Positions 37,401-49,400 of a DNA stretch of 64,000 nucleotides are shown piece by piece (within the stretch, counting starts at the first letter, position 1; every line of letters starts with the position of its first letter). The DNA comes from Heteronotia binoei (Eukaryota). The notes under the pieces are model-generated. The model had not been told where the DNA came from, ran no database searches, and saw only the letters and a program-made list of their open reading frames with translations. Both the position numbers and the translations under genes were made by a program. The DNA is taken from contig NC_083230.1 in NCBI RefSeq assembly GCF_032191835.1, positions 84,382,001-84,446,000 of the forward strand, written 5' to 3'.

Positions 37401-40400
37401 AGACTTTAGCAACTATAAATCAAATATTTGTAGCTGCATGTAGCTTAAGATATTTGTAGCTGCATGTTCCTTAAAATAATCCCCAGGGCCATCTTAACAG
37501 CATTATGGGCCCCGGGCAAAGCAGTGTACTGGGCCCCTACAACTACTTACAGGAATAAAAATGTAAATGGTTGATAAGTCCTGCATCATACACAGATTAG
37601 TATGGGGCCTCTATGCTTGTGGGGCCCACGGGCAAGTGCCCATCAGGCCCATGCATTAAGACAGCCCTGATACTCCCCCCCACTCCTTACCACCTGCCTT
37701 CATAAATAGATGGCTGGAGGAGAAAACTACTTTTCCAAAATAGAGCTTTGGAGTGAAAGATGAAAGGATTTTACCACTGTATGCAGAAGAATAATAAAGG
37801 CTGCTTACTATCACTCTGGCTTTTGCCTACATCTTCTGGCTTGTATTTCCTTTTCTAGGTCTAAAAGAAGGGATCCTGTGGAAAAGAGGCAGAGACAATG
37901 GGCAGTATTTTCCACGGAGGTTCCTCTTGTCTGAGAGAGAGGGGTGTCTCAAGTATTTCACCAAACAGGATGTAAGTAAACATCTGCTTTTGCGTGTATC
38001 CCACCTTTGAACATGTCTCCTTTCTTAGAGGTGGACAGACTAATTTTAGTTCCATAAGTGCTCTTGAGGTATTGTAAAATGTCAGTAAAATTAAGTAATT
38101 TTTCTCAGGTATACTAGAATTAATATATAATTAATATCCTGTGCAATAATGTCTTTTAAGCCTCATGGTCCAGAGAATAACTCCCTGAACTGTTCATTGT
38201 ATCATTGATCACTGAATCAGGTGACTCACCTACTGCATTACTTCCTTTTGTAAAATGCTTTTGAAAGGGAGAAACAATCTTCCCCTTTCTAGAGACAAAT
38301 GCCAGCATTTCTATTAATCACCTAGTTAAACTAAAATACTAGGATTTACCTCTACAAAAGTGAAGCAATCCTGATATGTTCCAGGACCCATCCCACAATG
38401 TCCTTCTACTTCTTGAGCCCCTCTCCTGGGCTCATGCCCTATATAGCACTTTCTTACATGAAGCAGACATTACTGAAAAACTTTCATCTCATCACTTCAG
38501 AAAAGTGCTTAGCTGATTTAACTGGAAGCTTGTGTTAGTCTGAACAGAAGTGTGGCAAGCTGCTTGCATCCTACAGATCTCAAACTTTCCTGCCCTACTG
38601 CGCAGGGGCTTGCCTGTTACTCTCTGTGGTCAAGGATAAAGGAGACCATGAATGCACAATCTTCAACTGCCATATGTTTAGAAGAAAGTAAATTATTGTT
38701 TTGAACCTCCATCATTTTGGAGTTAGGTCACTATTAGCAAGGCCTTCTCCAGCCTTGATCACTCCCTTCCATAGTTTCTACCCTCTGCAAACTATAGTGA
38801 AAAAAAGTATTTTTTTTAAAAAAAATATTTTATTTAGCTCATATAAACAGAGATACAAACAGGAAGGAACCATAAAACCATGAGATACAAACAGGAAGAA
38901 ACCATGAGACCAAACCATAAAAAAATAATGAGCAACATTTAAAAATCTGCTACAAAGCCAAGATTCACAAAGACCAATCACCTAAACTTTGTTGCATTGA
39001 GGGAATTACATCCTTAGAACACAAGAAATCCAGAACTGTTTTCATCATATTCAAATAAAGGAACTATCATGCATGTACCAAAAAAATGGATAATGCATTA
39101 TCCTACCCATCAAAAATTGTTCCCAATTTCTGGTACCATTTTTTGAGTAAAGATCCTGTGAGGGATTTCCAAATTCTGGCAATGGCCAAATGAGCAGAAG
39201 CAACTAATGTAGAAACAAGAGATCTGGTATTTTTATCAAGCAGAGAATCGGCCCAAAAATCCAATAACAAAAATTCTGGGGAATATGACAATGAAAGACC
39301 CACCATGTTGGATATCTCTTTATGAACCACCTTCCAAAAGTCCTAAACAAGATGGCATTTCCACCACATACATAAGGCAGTGCCTTCCTGCTTACAAGAT
39401 CTCCACATAGTGGACTCAAAGACTTGTTCATCAGGTTCAGTTTGTGTGGTGTTAAATACCAATTAGATAACAACTTGTAAAATTGAAGTTTAATGTTCCA
39501 ACAATGGGATTTGTTGGAGGGAGAATTCCATATCTGTTTCCAATCAGATTTGGGGAGGGCAGGGTTTAAAGAATCAGACCTTTATTTTTGTAGGGTTGCG
39601 GGTATTTATGTATTGGTGATAGTAATAATTTATAAAGGTCAGAAATCATGCCTTGTTTACCATCATTCCCATTCCAAATTAAGCCTTCTGTTTGAGTGGC
39701 CAAATCAAATCCTTGAACCTGATCAGATTAGTGATCAGATTTTTTAGTTTATTGATGATTCTCTTAATAGGATTAGCTAACAAAGGCGTACTGCACAACC
39801 CATGAAATCCTATTACTACTTTTTCTTTATCCTCTTCAAATAAACTATGACTATTAACAGCTAGGGCTCTATTTTTAGCATTCAGTCCACTCCTTGTGGA
39901 TACCCCCTCCATATAAATTGTTCTAATTTGCTTTCTCTCTAACAAAATCCTGCTGTAAAATGGAATTTCTCTTAATCCTTAAAAATTGTCCATAAGATTA
40001 TATCTGATGTGTGGTGGGTATGGAAGGACCTAAAACGGAGGGATGAATTTTTATGTGGGTTTTCTAAACAACCTCACTCCTAACCTAATATATGAATCCT
40101 TATACACTACAGTGTCCAAAAATGCAATGGACCTGTCATCCTGATGGAATTTAAACTTAATTGTGACGTGTATTACATCATCTAATTTTTAAAAATCACC
40201 AAACCTTTGCTTATTTCAATAAAACATTTATATAGGACAATTTCATTATAAAAAAAGATTTTGTACTAAATGGCATATTAATGTATTCTCCAAAGTCATC
40301 ATTAAGAGGTTGGCAACTCATGGGGCACAGAGTGGTAAAGCTGCAGTCCTGCAGTCCTAAGCTCTGCTCATGACCTGAGTTTGATTCCAGTGGAAGCTGG

Positions 40401-43400
40401 GTTCAGGTAGCCGGCTCAAGGTTGACTCAGCCTTCCATCCTTCCGAGGCCAGTAAAATGAGTACCCAGCTTGCTGGGGAGGGAAAGTGTAGATGACTGGG
40501 AAAGGCAATGGTAAACCACCCTGTAAAAAGTCTGCTGTGAAAAAATTGTGAAAGCAATGTCACCCCAGAGTCGGAAACGACTGGTGCTTGCATAGGGAAC
40601 TACCTTTACCTTTTTTATTTTTACTCATGGGGCAAACAGGCTGGCCATAGCCACTCCTTTGACTTGGTAATAGAAAGTGTCTCTGAATCTAAAGTAATTT
40701 TTGTCTAAAATGATATCAACTAGCTCCATTAGAAAATAAGTTGGAGGCTGTTGTACTGATAATTTAAGAAGTGTTTGTTCAACAGCGGGTATATCGGTAT
40801 ACAAGGACATAATTCCATTGTAACCATACCTGATTCCTCTGAGGCACTTGTAGATTTTCAACCATCTTAATAAAATTGTTAGTGTCATTACAAAGGAAAA
40901 AACCTCAGCCACAAAGGGTTGTAGGAAGCAGTCTACATATTGCGTGAGACATTCTGATAAGGAATTGGACCCCAATAGGATGATTCTATTTGGGCTGAAC
41001 CTGTTTAAGTATCTTCAGTAAAATGTAGAACATGGGTATCATAAGAAAATTATTAATTAAAAACTTAGAAGTCAACTCATCCAATCAACCCATAATTACA
41101 GCCTCTTGCACTGTGATTTTAATAATACCGTGGATATGGGCTTTGGGATCTTCTCTGAGTTATACATAATTAGAAGCAGGACCTTTTTTTGGTAGAAAAA
41201 GCCCAGCAGGGACTCATTTGCATATTAGGCCACACCCCCTGATGTCACCATTGTTTCACACAGGGCTCTTTTGTAGAAAAAGTCCAGCAGGAACACATTT
41301 GCATATTAGGCCACACGCCTGATGCGAAGCCAGCAAGAACTGCATTCCTGTGCATTCTTGTTCAAAAAAAGCCCTGATCAGAAGTATTTCTTAATAAGCA
41401 AAGGATGTCTTGCCAATAATCTTCCACATTCTTTATCACGTAGCTCCACCTTTATCCACCTCTTTTATTATGATTGACCCATCCCGGGCCAATGTGATCA
41501 AAATTGATCCCAGGTTAATGTGATCAATAGTCTTCTCTGGTTAAATTATACTGCCTTGGAATGTTGAGAGACAGCACAAAAATGGACAGGTTTACAGACT
41601 TTATTAGCTGTATATTCCATATTGCCAAAAAAAGTTCTTAATTTAAATGGCTGAATTAACCTGAAAATGTCTACTTGAGTCTGAAACAGGTCATATCCAG
41701 GGAACAATGTATATCCAAGGCCCAAGTTTAATTCTTCCAATGCAGTTGATGTTAATGCCCTAGAAGATAGATTTACCACTAAAACTTCCTCTTCCCCCTT
41801 CAATACAGGTGATAGGAGAAAAAAGACTCACAGGCTCTTGTTTTAGTATGACGTTTCAAATTACTTCTCCCTGAACCATATGCTTCTCCTGAAGTAGTAG
41901 CTGACTCGTCAGCTTCAGACATCTCTATATCCAAAGTGATCACAATACGATCAGCCCAAGATACTCTTTTCTTATTAGGAGCTAGTCTATACCACCTATA
42001 GACTTTAGATAAATTATAATCTTTAGTATCTCTCTCAAATTTATTTAATTTAAACTCTTTTAATTTAGATTCAAATGGACTTACACTCTTTTCAATTTTA
42101 GACATACAGGTATTGGACACTGAGGTGGTAGTGTTGCACTTTAAGAACTGCTCCACAGTAGAAATATCAGTAAAGGATTCAATGATCTTTCTGTTATTAG
42201 GAGCATAAGGTTGAAGGAACATTTATTTAATATAGAGATCCATTTGGACCTAAAGGTTTTGTCATCCAGGAACATTTCTGGTGGCTTGTGAATTCTAAGC
42301 CCTCTGAGGATTCAACTGACTTTGCTATAATCAGCTAATGAAACTGCATGTAGAAATAGTCTCACTTTCTTCTTTTTTAAGTATATTGGAGTTGAGCCCA
42401 CACATTACTGTCTGCACCTGCATGTTCTCCAAACATTCTTAGTGAATTAGACAAGATCCTTTCCTTATCTCTATCACTGAAGGCAATAACATGGCTCCTT
42501 TGAGCCATAATAGCCTCTAGACGTAATTACTGATTAACAAGGATACACAGCATGGTACATACAATTCAAACAAAACACTGTGAGAACAGGCTATTTAGAA
42601 TCAATACATAAATAATATGTTTTATATGATGGACCCTTTCTGAAAAAAACAAAATGGTTTTAAAGACACCTTTTACAAGTTTCTGCAATTACCGTAAATA
42701 TACAGTATTCATACATTCAGTCTTACAATAGCCAAACACATAAAGTCCACAATATTGTTAATGACAATTAGCCTTTAGATTGTGAATTTCAACTTTGATA
42801 GAATGCACCCTTCATTTTAAACTTGGGCTTTGGCTGACAGATAGTCCAAGGTTGCTCCTCGTTTCAGCTTAGCTTTTATCAAAATCACAATTTCTTCATA
42901 AGGCATAAGATAACTTATTCACAAGGCACAACAATACCTAAAAACAAAAAAATCTCCTTTACAAAACAGGAATTTCACACAGTGTCAGACATCATTAAAA
43001 TTCCAGTGGCAAAAAATACTCACCAAATCTAATTCAATTATATTTCTAGAATGTGTTAGCCATTAAACTGTTACCTTCAGGCACAGAGTCCTCCAATACT
43101 CTCCTCTGGCAACAACACATTAATAATTCTAGCACCAGAGACCTTAATAAAACTCAAGCCCAAGAACTATCACAGCTGTGTGGAGTTTATTTAACAGTTT
43201 TCACCAGGAACATTTAATGGAACAGTGGCGCAGACCTATCAAGTCAGGCCATTAACCTGTGACCTACTCAGGCTTGGAGCAGCTCTACAGTATCTTAGGC
43301 AGAAACACCACTTTCTGTTCAGAGTGGAAAGCTTGTGCTCTGTCACTGGGTCACAGCCCTTAACATAAAACTGGAAGTGTCACTTCTCTGAAGTCCTTCT

Positions 43401-46400
43401 ACTCAGTGCATTCAAAACACTGGCTTTAGAAAACATTTCTTCTTCTGTGGGGCTCTTTTGCAGCAGTTTCCAAGCTTTTCATTATGGATTCCCTCTACCC
43501 TTATCTTGGTTGTCCCAATTTCTTAAACTAAGGTAAATCATAATTTTTGTGCAGCATTGTCCCTAATTTCACATCTGAGAATTTTATGGTCCAACCCAAA
43601 GGCTCTTGTAACTCAGTGATAAGTTCATGAAAGAATCAATATTTAACATATAGAAATTGTGGCTATGTTTTAAGTCCATTTCTGTTTTTCTTCTTTTAAG
43701 GAAGCCCTGGCATTACTCTTTCCTCTCTCTCTCTTTTTTGGCAAGACTTTTTTTTAAAAAAGTGATCTTCTTGTTACAATAACTTTTTGCTTGTGAAATC
43801 CTATAAAGTCCTGTATGCATTGTTGGAATTATATAAATAAGAAAAAGTTTGCTCATTGGGATAGAAAGACAGCTTTGAAAACAGATATGTACACTGAATT
43901 CTCTTTTCCCCTTTAGGCCAAAGAACCAAAAGTAATGATTAAAGTTGACACTATCAATGCCACATTCCAGCCAGAGAAGATTGGGCACTCCAATGGCCTG
44001 CAGATCACCTATCTGAAAGATAACAAGACTCGCAACATCTTCCTCTACCATGAGGATGGAAAGGTACATGAGCCTGGCCTACCTGTATGCTGCAGCGTGT
44101 CCAGGAAATGAGGGAGAAAACCTGGAGTCACTATATTAAATGATCCTAGAGACCTAAGGCCATCACTGGTTCCAGTAAGGATTTTGCGGTCTCTCTTTGT
44201 CCGGGGATTAGGACCTTTCAGGTTCAGGCAGTTACAGGAACTCATTCTTTCTTCCCATCTTCTTCCCAAGGTGAACACACATAGAGAAATAAGCTTAAGC
44301 ATACGGTAGTTTGTAAAACTGTCTTTCGTAGGATATCTTCTAAGATGGAAACAGAGGAGGATGTTCTTTTGGGGCTGTTTTGAATTATAGCTATAGGAGA
44401 TGATCATAGACATTTGCTTGGAAGTTATAGTCTATTGGGCTTTGTGTTCTTGCATTGTCCTTTCAAGGCCTTTATGTCTTCCTAGGAAATAGTGGATTGG
44501 TTCAATGCAATCCGTGCAGTGCTGTTCCACTATCTGAAGGTGGCCTTTCCTGTTGCCAGTGATAAAGAGGTACGAGAATTACAAGCAAGAAGATGTATTG
44601 GCAAGGCTGGACTACAGAGTACTCATTGTCTCAGTGAAGTTCCAAATCTCATTGCTCTTTAGTCATGTACAATCTGAGATGACATAATCAATATGAAGAT
44701 GTGTCCACTCCATGGCCATAGCAATGTTAGGCTTTTTGGTATCCTGGGTAAGATTGCTTCCACACAGAATTTTTGCTTTTATTTTTGCTGTTTTCTGGGG
44801 AAGAATCCACATGATGTTGTCTCTAATAACCCACTTTCCATGTTTCCCCCCACTTTGCTTCAATCTTTTTTGAAAGATTGCAGCCAAAGCAAATTTACAC
44901 GCTGTGTGCTAGGAAGGTGCATGTTTTCTGAAGTTCCCACCCACATTTTAATCAGTATTCCCCCCCCCACCACCACCAGGCATTGGATGGGGGGTTGCTT
45001 TTTGAACATTCACCAAAAAGTCACAACAATATTACATATTACCCCAATTTAGTAACTTCTCTGAGTTCCCAGGTTTTCATTTTTAAAAGTATCTAACCCT
45101 TTTCTTGCAGAGATATAAGGGATTAAGTGGGGAAAATTGGGGGGGGGGGTGTGGCAGCCATGGTGGGCTAAGGGGTAAGGAGAGTTGCCATGTACTTGCA
45201 AATTCCTCTGCATTTGCTGCAGCAACAAGAGCTCTCAAGAAAACCAAGTGAAAGCAGCCTCCGATTATATTGCCTCCCACAACCCCAGTTTAGATATAGT
45301 TTAGATATCTTTCAGGCCATTCTGATAAACTAGTAGCTTGTACTCTTTTATTGTAGCTCAAGAGTCGGCTGACACGGAGCTTCTTGAAAGAAGGCTACAT
45401 GGAGAAGACTGGTCCCAGGGTAGCTCATTTTTAAATTTATATTTCCTTTTTAAAGTAATCTCAAAAGCTTTTTGAAAACATGCACACACAAACCAGATTT
45501 AAACACTTTGTACTGCTATGAAGTGCCAAATGATAGCCCAAATAAGGAGAGATCATAGAATCATAGAGTTGGAAGGGACCTCTAGATCATAATAGCTATC
45601 TCCTGACTTGAGCTGGTCTCCTCAGTGAAGGGGGTTCAGCCCTAGTAATACATGAATGTGAAGCTAACTGTGTAAATTTTAGCAAAACAGTGTACAATTA
45701 TGTCCACACAACATTATCCAGACCCTTTCCCAATTTCAACTTGAACCCCACAGGCTACCTAACCTGGTTGATCTTCAGGCACTTTCAAATGCTACTTGTG
45801 CTTGGATTTTATGAGCACTGGAAATTGGTTTCGCCTCTCATAATGTTTATAAGAATCTCAGGGACTAGGCAGTTTAAAAGCTTGTTGGATTCCCATGTTT
45901 TTTAAGGCAAGACCATAAAATAGGAAAGTACACAAAGGAAAGTGGGGGAAGAGGCAGAGGTTAAAAGTCAGAGCCTTGGGACAAGTATATTAGCCAGGAG
46001 GGAGATGGTCAGGTGTCAGGAGTTCAAAAGAAAGTTCCAAGGGGGAGCAGCAAGAGAGAAAGGGTGAATGGGTGAAAGAGAAATAACCTGAAGTTTAGCC
46101 AAGAGGAAAACATAAAGAAGTCAAAGATAGAGGAAATGCTAAGAACTGGCTGCGTACTGAATGCAAACAAACAGAAGGCCCATTTCAGTCCCCTGCCCCC
46201 TGCCTCCAATGTACAGCCACTATGAAGTGGAAATTTATTCCATTCAGAGGCATTACTAAGATGATGAGTCCAAGTTCATGTGATGTCAGTGATGTGTGGC
46301 TGGATCTCTCAATGTGTCAGCTGCAAAAAACATCAGTAGAGGGAACAATAATATGGATTGGGTGTGTGGCACTGGGAAAAAGGGGATTAATAATCTCTTC

Positions 46401-49400
46401 CCCTTGCCATTTCTATAGTTGAAAATGACCCTGGTTTTAGTTCTGTAAAGGAGAAGAGAGGTACAGTAGAGGGACCCGCCTTCTCATCTCATCCCTTAAC
46501 ACACTTAGAAATAATCCAGGAGAACATTTTTATCAGGAAAATGGCACAGATAAAAAGGTAACCCATTTTCCCATCACCGTGGCCCCAGTTAATATCTCCA
46601 CACACAAAGCTGCTGTTTGCACATAAGTTACACATTTTTTGGGATCCAGCAACCCATAGTCTGGCTGTATTTCTGCACTGGCAATTTCACAGTTGCTTCT
46701 GATGTAGTTGTCTCACTGAAGCAGGTCTGTACCTGAATGCAGCACTACTGAGGAATTGAGCTCTTAGGGAAGTTTGGGATAGAAATGTAACGATTCTGCA
46801 CCCACGCTATCCCAAAACCACTTCACTCCAAAACTACCACTACTCTGTCAGATGCACCATAGACTTGAATGCAACTGTGGTGTGATTTTCCAATTCTCAC
46901 CAGAAGAGGGCTTTCTTCTCTCATGTCTTGGTTCTCTTTCACAGCAAAAGGAACCCTTCAAGAAACGCTGGTTTACATTGGACCATCGCAGACTCATGTA
47001 CTTCAAGGATCCTTTGGTAAGCCAGGCTTCAAACTGAATTTTCCTTACCTCCTTTTAGCCTAGATATGGCCATTCTCTTGTTTGAAATAAGAATATGGGG
47101 GACCAACTTCTGAATTAAGCCATTTTAGCTCCTTTCATAATTTGGATTGATTTCTGTTGATTTCTGCACTTCAAAGCCATGGCCAGAGGAAACAGAAGCT
47201 GGCCACAGTAGTTTTCCTCTAGCTAACTGGCAATTCTAAATAAGAGAGAAGGGACAACTCCTCAAAAATCTAGGGCTGTGGATCCCTTCTTTCCATATAG
47301 GATTAGTCATAATCATTGAGGATACCTTGGCAAGGCTCACTCTCTTCCCCAGATTCTGTGCCTCTATTCCTGCCACCCAGATCCTTGCTTTATTCCCACT
47401 CACATCCTCCAACCCCTGCCAAATAGTACTGTTCTTGACAGATTATTAAATCCAGCTGCTGCTACATCAGGTTAGCAAAATGAGAAGGGGGAAAGGCAGA
47501 AGACAGGAAAATAAATTCTCCAGTTGTGTACACTGGAGCACATACTTGACCAGGCAGCTTTTAGAGAAGACCAGGTTTTTGCAGATAACTTTTTCTAGCC
47601 GGTTGCCATGTAAGAAACCTGGTCTGTCTGGGGTTTCTTATGCTCCTGGTTCAGGTTCTGGTGAAGGGCTTAAGACCTGACAGGAAAGGAAAACTAAAAG
47701 ATGACATAGAGCCAACTTTCTAGCTCACCTCAAATTCTTGAGAGACAGACTGGGTTTGAATCTTAGACTGGTGTTTTCACAGCAGCCAAGTTATCCAACA
47801 ACTGGTTGCTTGACACTCATACAAAGCGAGAGATCAAGATCATCCTTCTTTTAGTCTCTCCAGAAGATCACCTTGGTGGTTCAGTTTTTCCAGCTTCATA
47901 TTGTGGTTTCAGTCTCTTGTTTTTTTATAATGGACCATAGCAAGAAAACATCACTGTCTAGAAGTCAACAACAATAAAAAGGGGAGTTTTTTCTGCTTTG
48001 TTTCTGTTCAGAAGCAGCATCTGAGACACTTCCAAGAGATCTCTCAGCACCAGATACACAACACCACACAGTTGTACTTTGTCATCAGATCAGCTATAGT
48101 CTACTTGTAGTGGCCTGAACCTGGAACTTAGATAAGCTGCCTTCTCTTTCTTGGCTTTTTACTGGCCTAGAGGGAAAAGTAGTGTGGGAAAAGTAGCATC
48201 TGTGGCAACATAACTGGTCTAAAACATGCAGCTGAATGATATTGTAATATTGGGCACAGTGATAGGATGTTCCACTGCAGATATGGATAACATTTTTCAA
48301 ATCTCCCCTATGTTAATCCTGTTTTGCAGAGGAAATCTAGCACAGCACACAAAGGGCTAAGCTAGAACTTTTCTCCCTAATGTGCTTTAAAAAAAAACTT
48401 GCAAAGACTTTTTGCCTGGAAATGTGACACACTCCATCTGCAGTCTAAAATGGTAGAGCCCATTCTACCAATTTAGAATTTTATGACCTCATTTTGTTGC
48501 GCAAAATGACCAGCCACTTTAAGGGATGGAGTCGCTGTTCTGTCTACTCACAGGCCCTTCATGGTACCCTTCCAGAAAAACTAGATGGGGTCTAGAAGTT
48601 TTGCCACTAACATGGATCCTGACAGGTCTCCCATTTTCTTCCATCACACAGGATGCTTTTGCTAAAGGTGAAGTATTTGTGGGCAGTGGAGAGAATGGGT
48701 ACAGTGTCAAGCAAGGGTTACCGGCAGGGGTGCAGGGAAGCTTTACCTGGCCATACGTCATCACCATTGTCACCCCTGACCGTAATTACCTTTTTACCTG
48801 TGAGACGGAGCAAGATCAGCAAGAGTGGGTTGCAGCCTTCAGCCATGTTATAGAGCAGCCCATGACACCTCAGGAGTATGCAAGTAAGTGCCAGAGGTAG
48901 CTGTACTTTGTGTATCTTTTGTTCTGGGGTTCTGTGTCAGAATTTATCATTTGTTTATTGATATTACTGATAGCTGTGTTCCCCATTTTTAAAAATGACC
49001 AAAGCGACTTATAGCAAGATTAATAAAAAGTATATTTTGTAAACTGTTAAAATCCTATCAATAATAAAAGTAGGTAAGAGGAGCATTAATAATAATTCTT
49101 ACATTTAAATAGTCCTTATTCAAGCACGAATTTCAAGATGCTTCCTGTATGTTAGTTCTATAATTTTTAGAAAACAATCTTGCAAGGTAAGTTAGTATCA
49201 TCCCCATACTGCATATGGAAATAAAGTTGAAACTGTGGGAAACTGTGGGTTTGCCTCATGTACCACCAGGCTAGATTTTGAACCTTTTGGTTCACAGCTT
49301 AGTCATTAAGTAAAAATACTGCCCCAAAGTCGAATTCTGTGACATGTCTAAATCATGCAGATTAAATAAAAATGCACATATTTACTTATATAGTATAATT

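Larger units (their letters stand above)
39680..42250 (-). mobile_element. Degenerate Penelope-like retroelement, interrupted by a Sauria SINE and a MITE
   Basis: VVNLSSRALTSTALEELNLGLGY (41546-41803), SLYTDIP..ILDKNYFRFRDTFYYQVKGVAMAS.FAP (40625-40975), FLDTVVYK..LFRKPT (~40050-40130); multiple stops and frameshifts. Confidence 0.8.

Noticed and set aside
46258-46340. Intronic C/D-box snoRNA (ATGATGA)
   Set aside because: No terminal CTGA D box or closing stem at a suitable distance.
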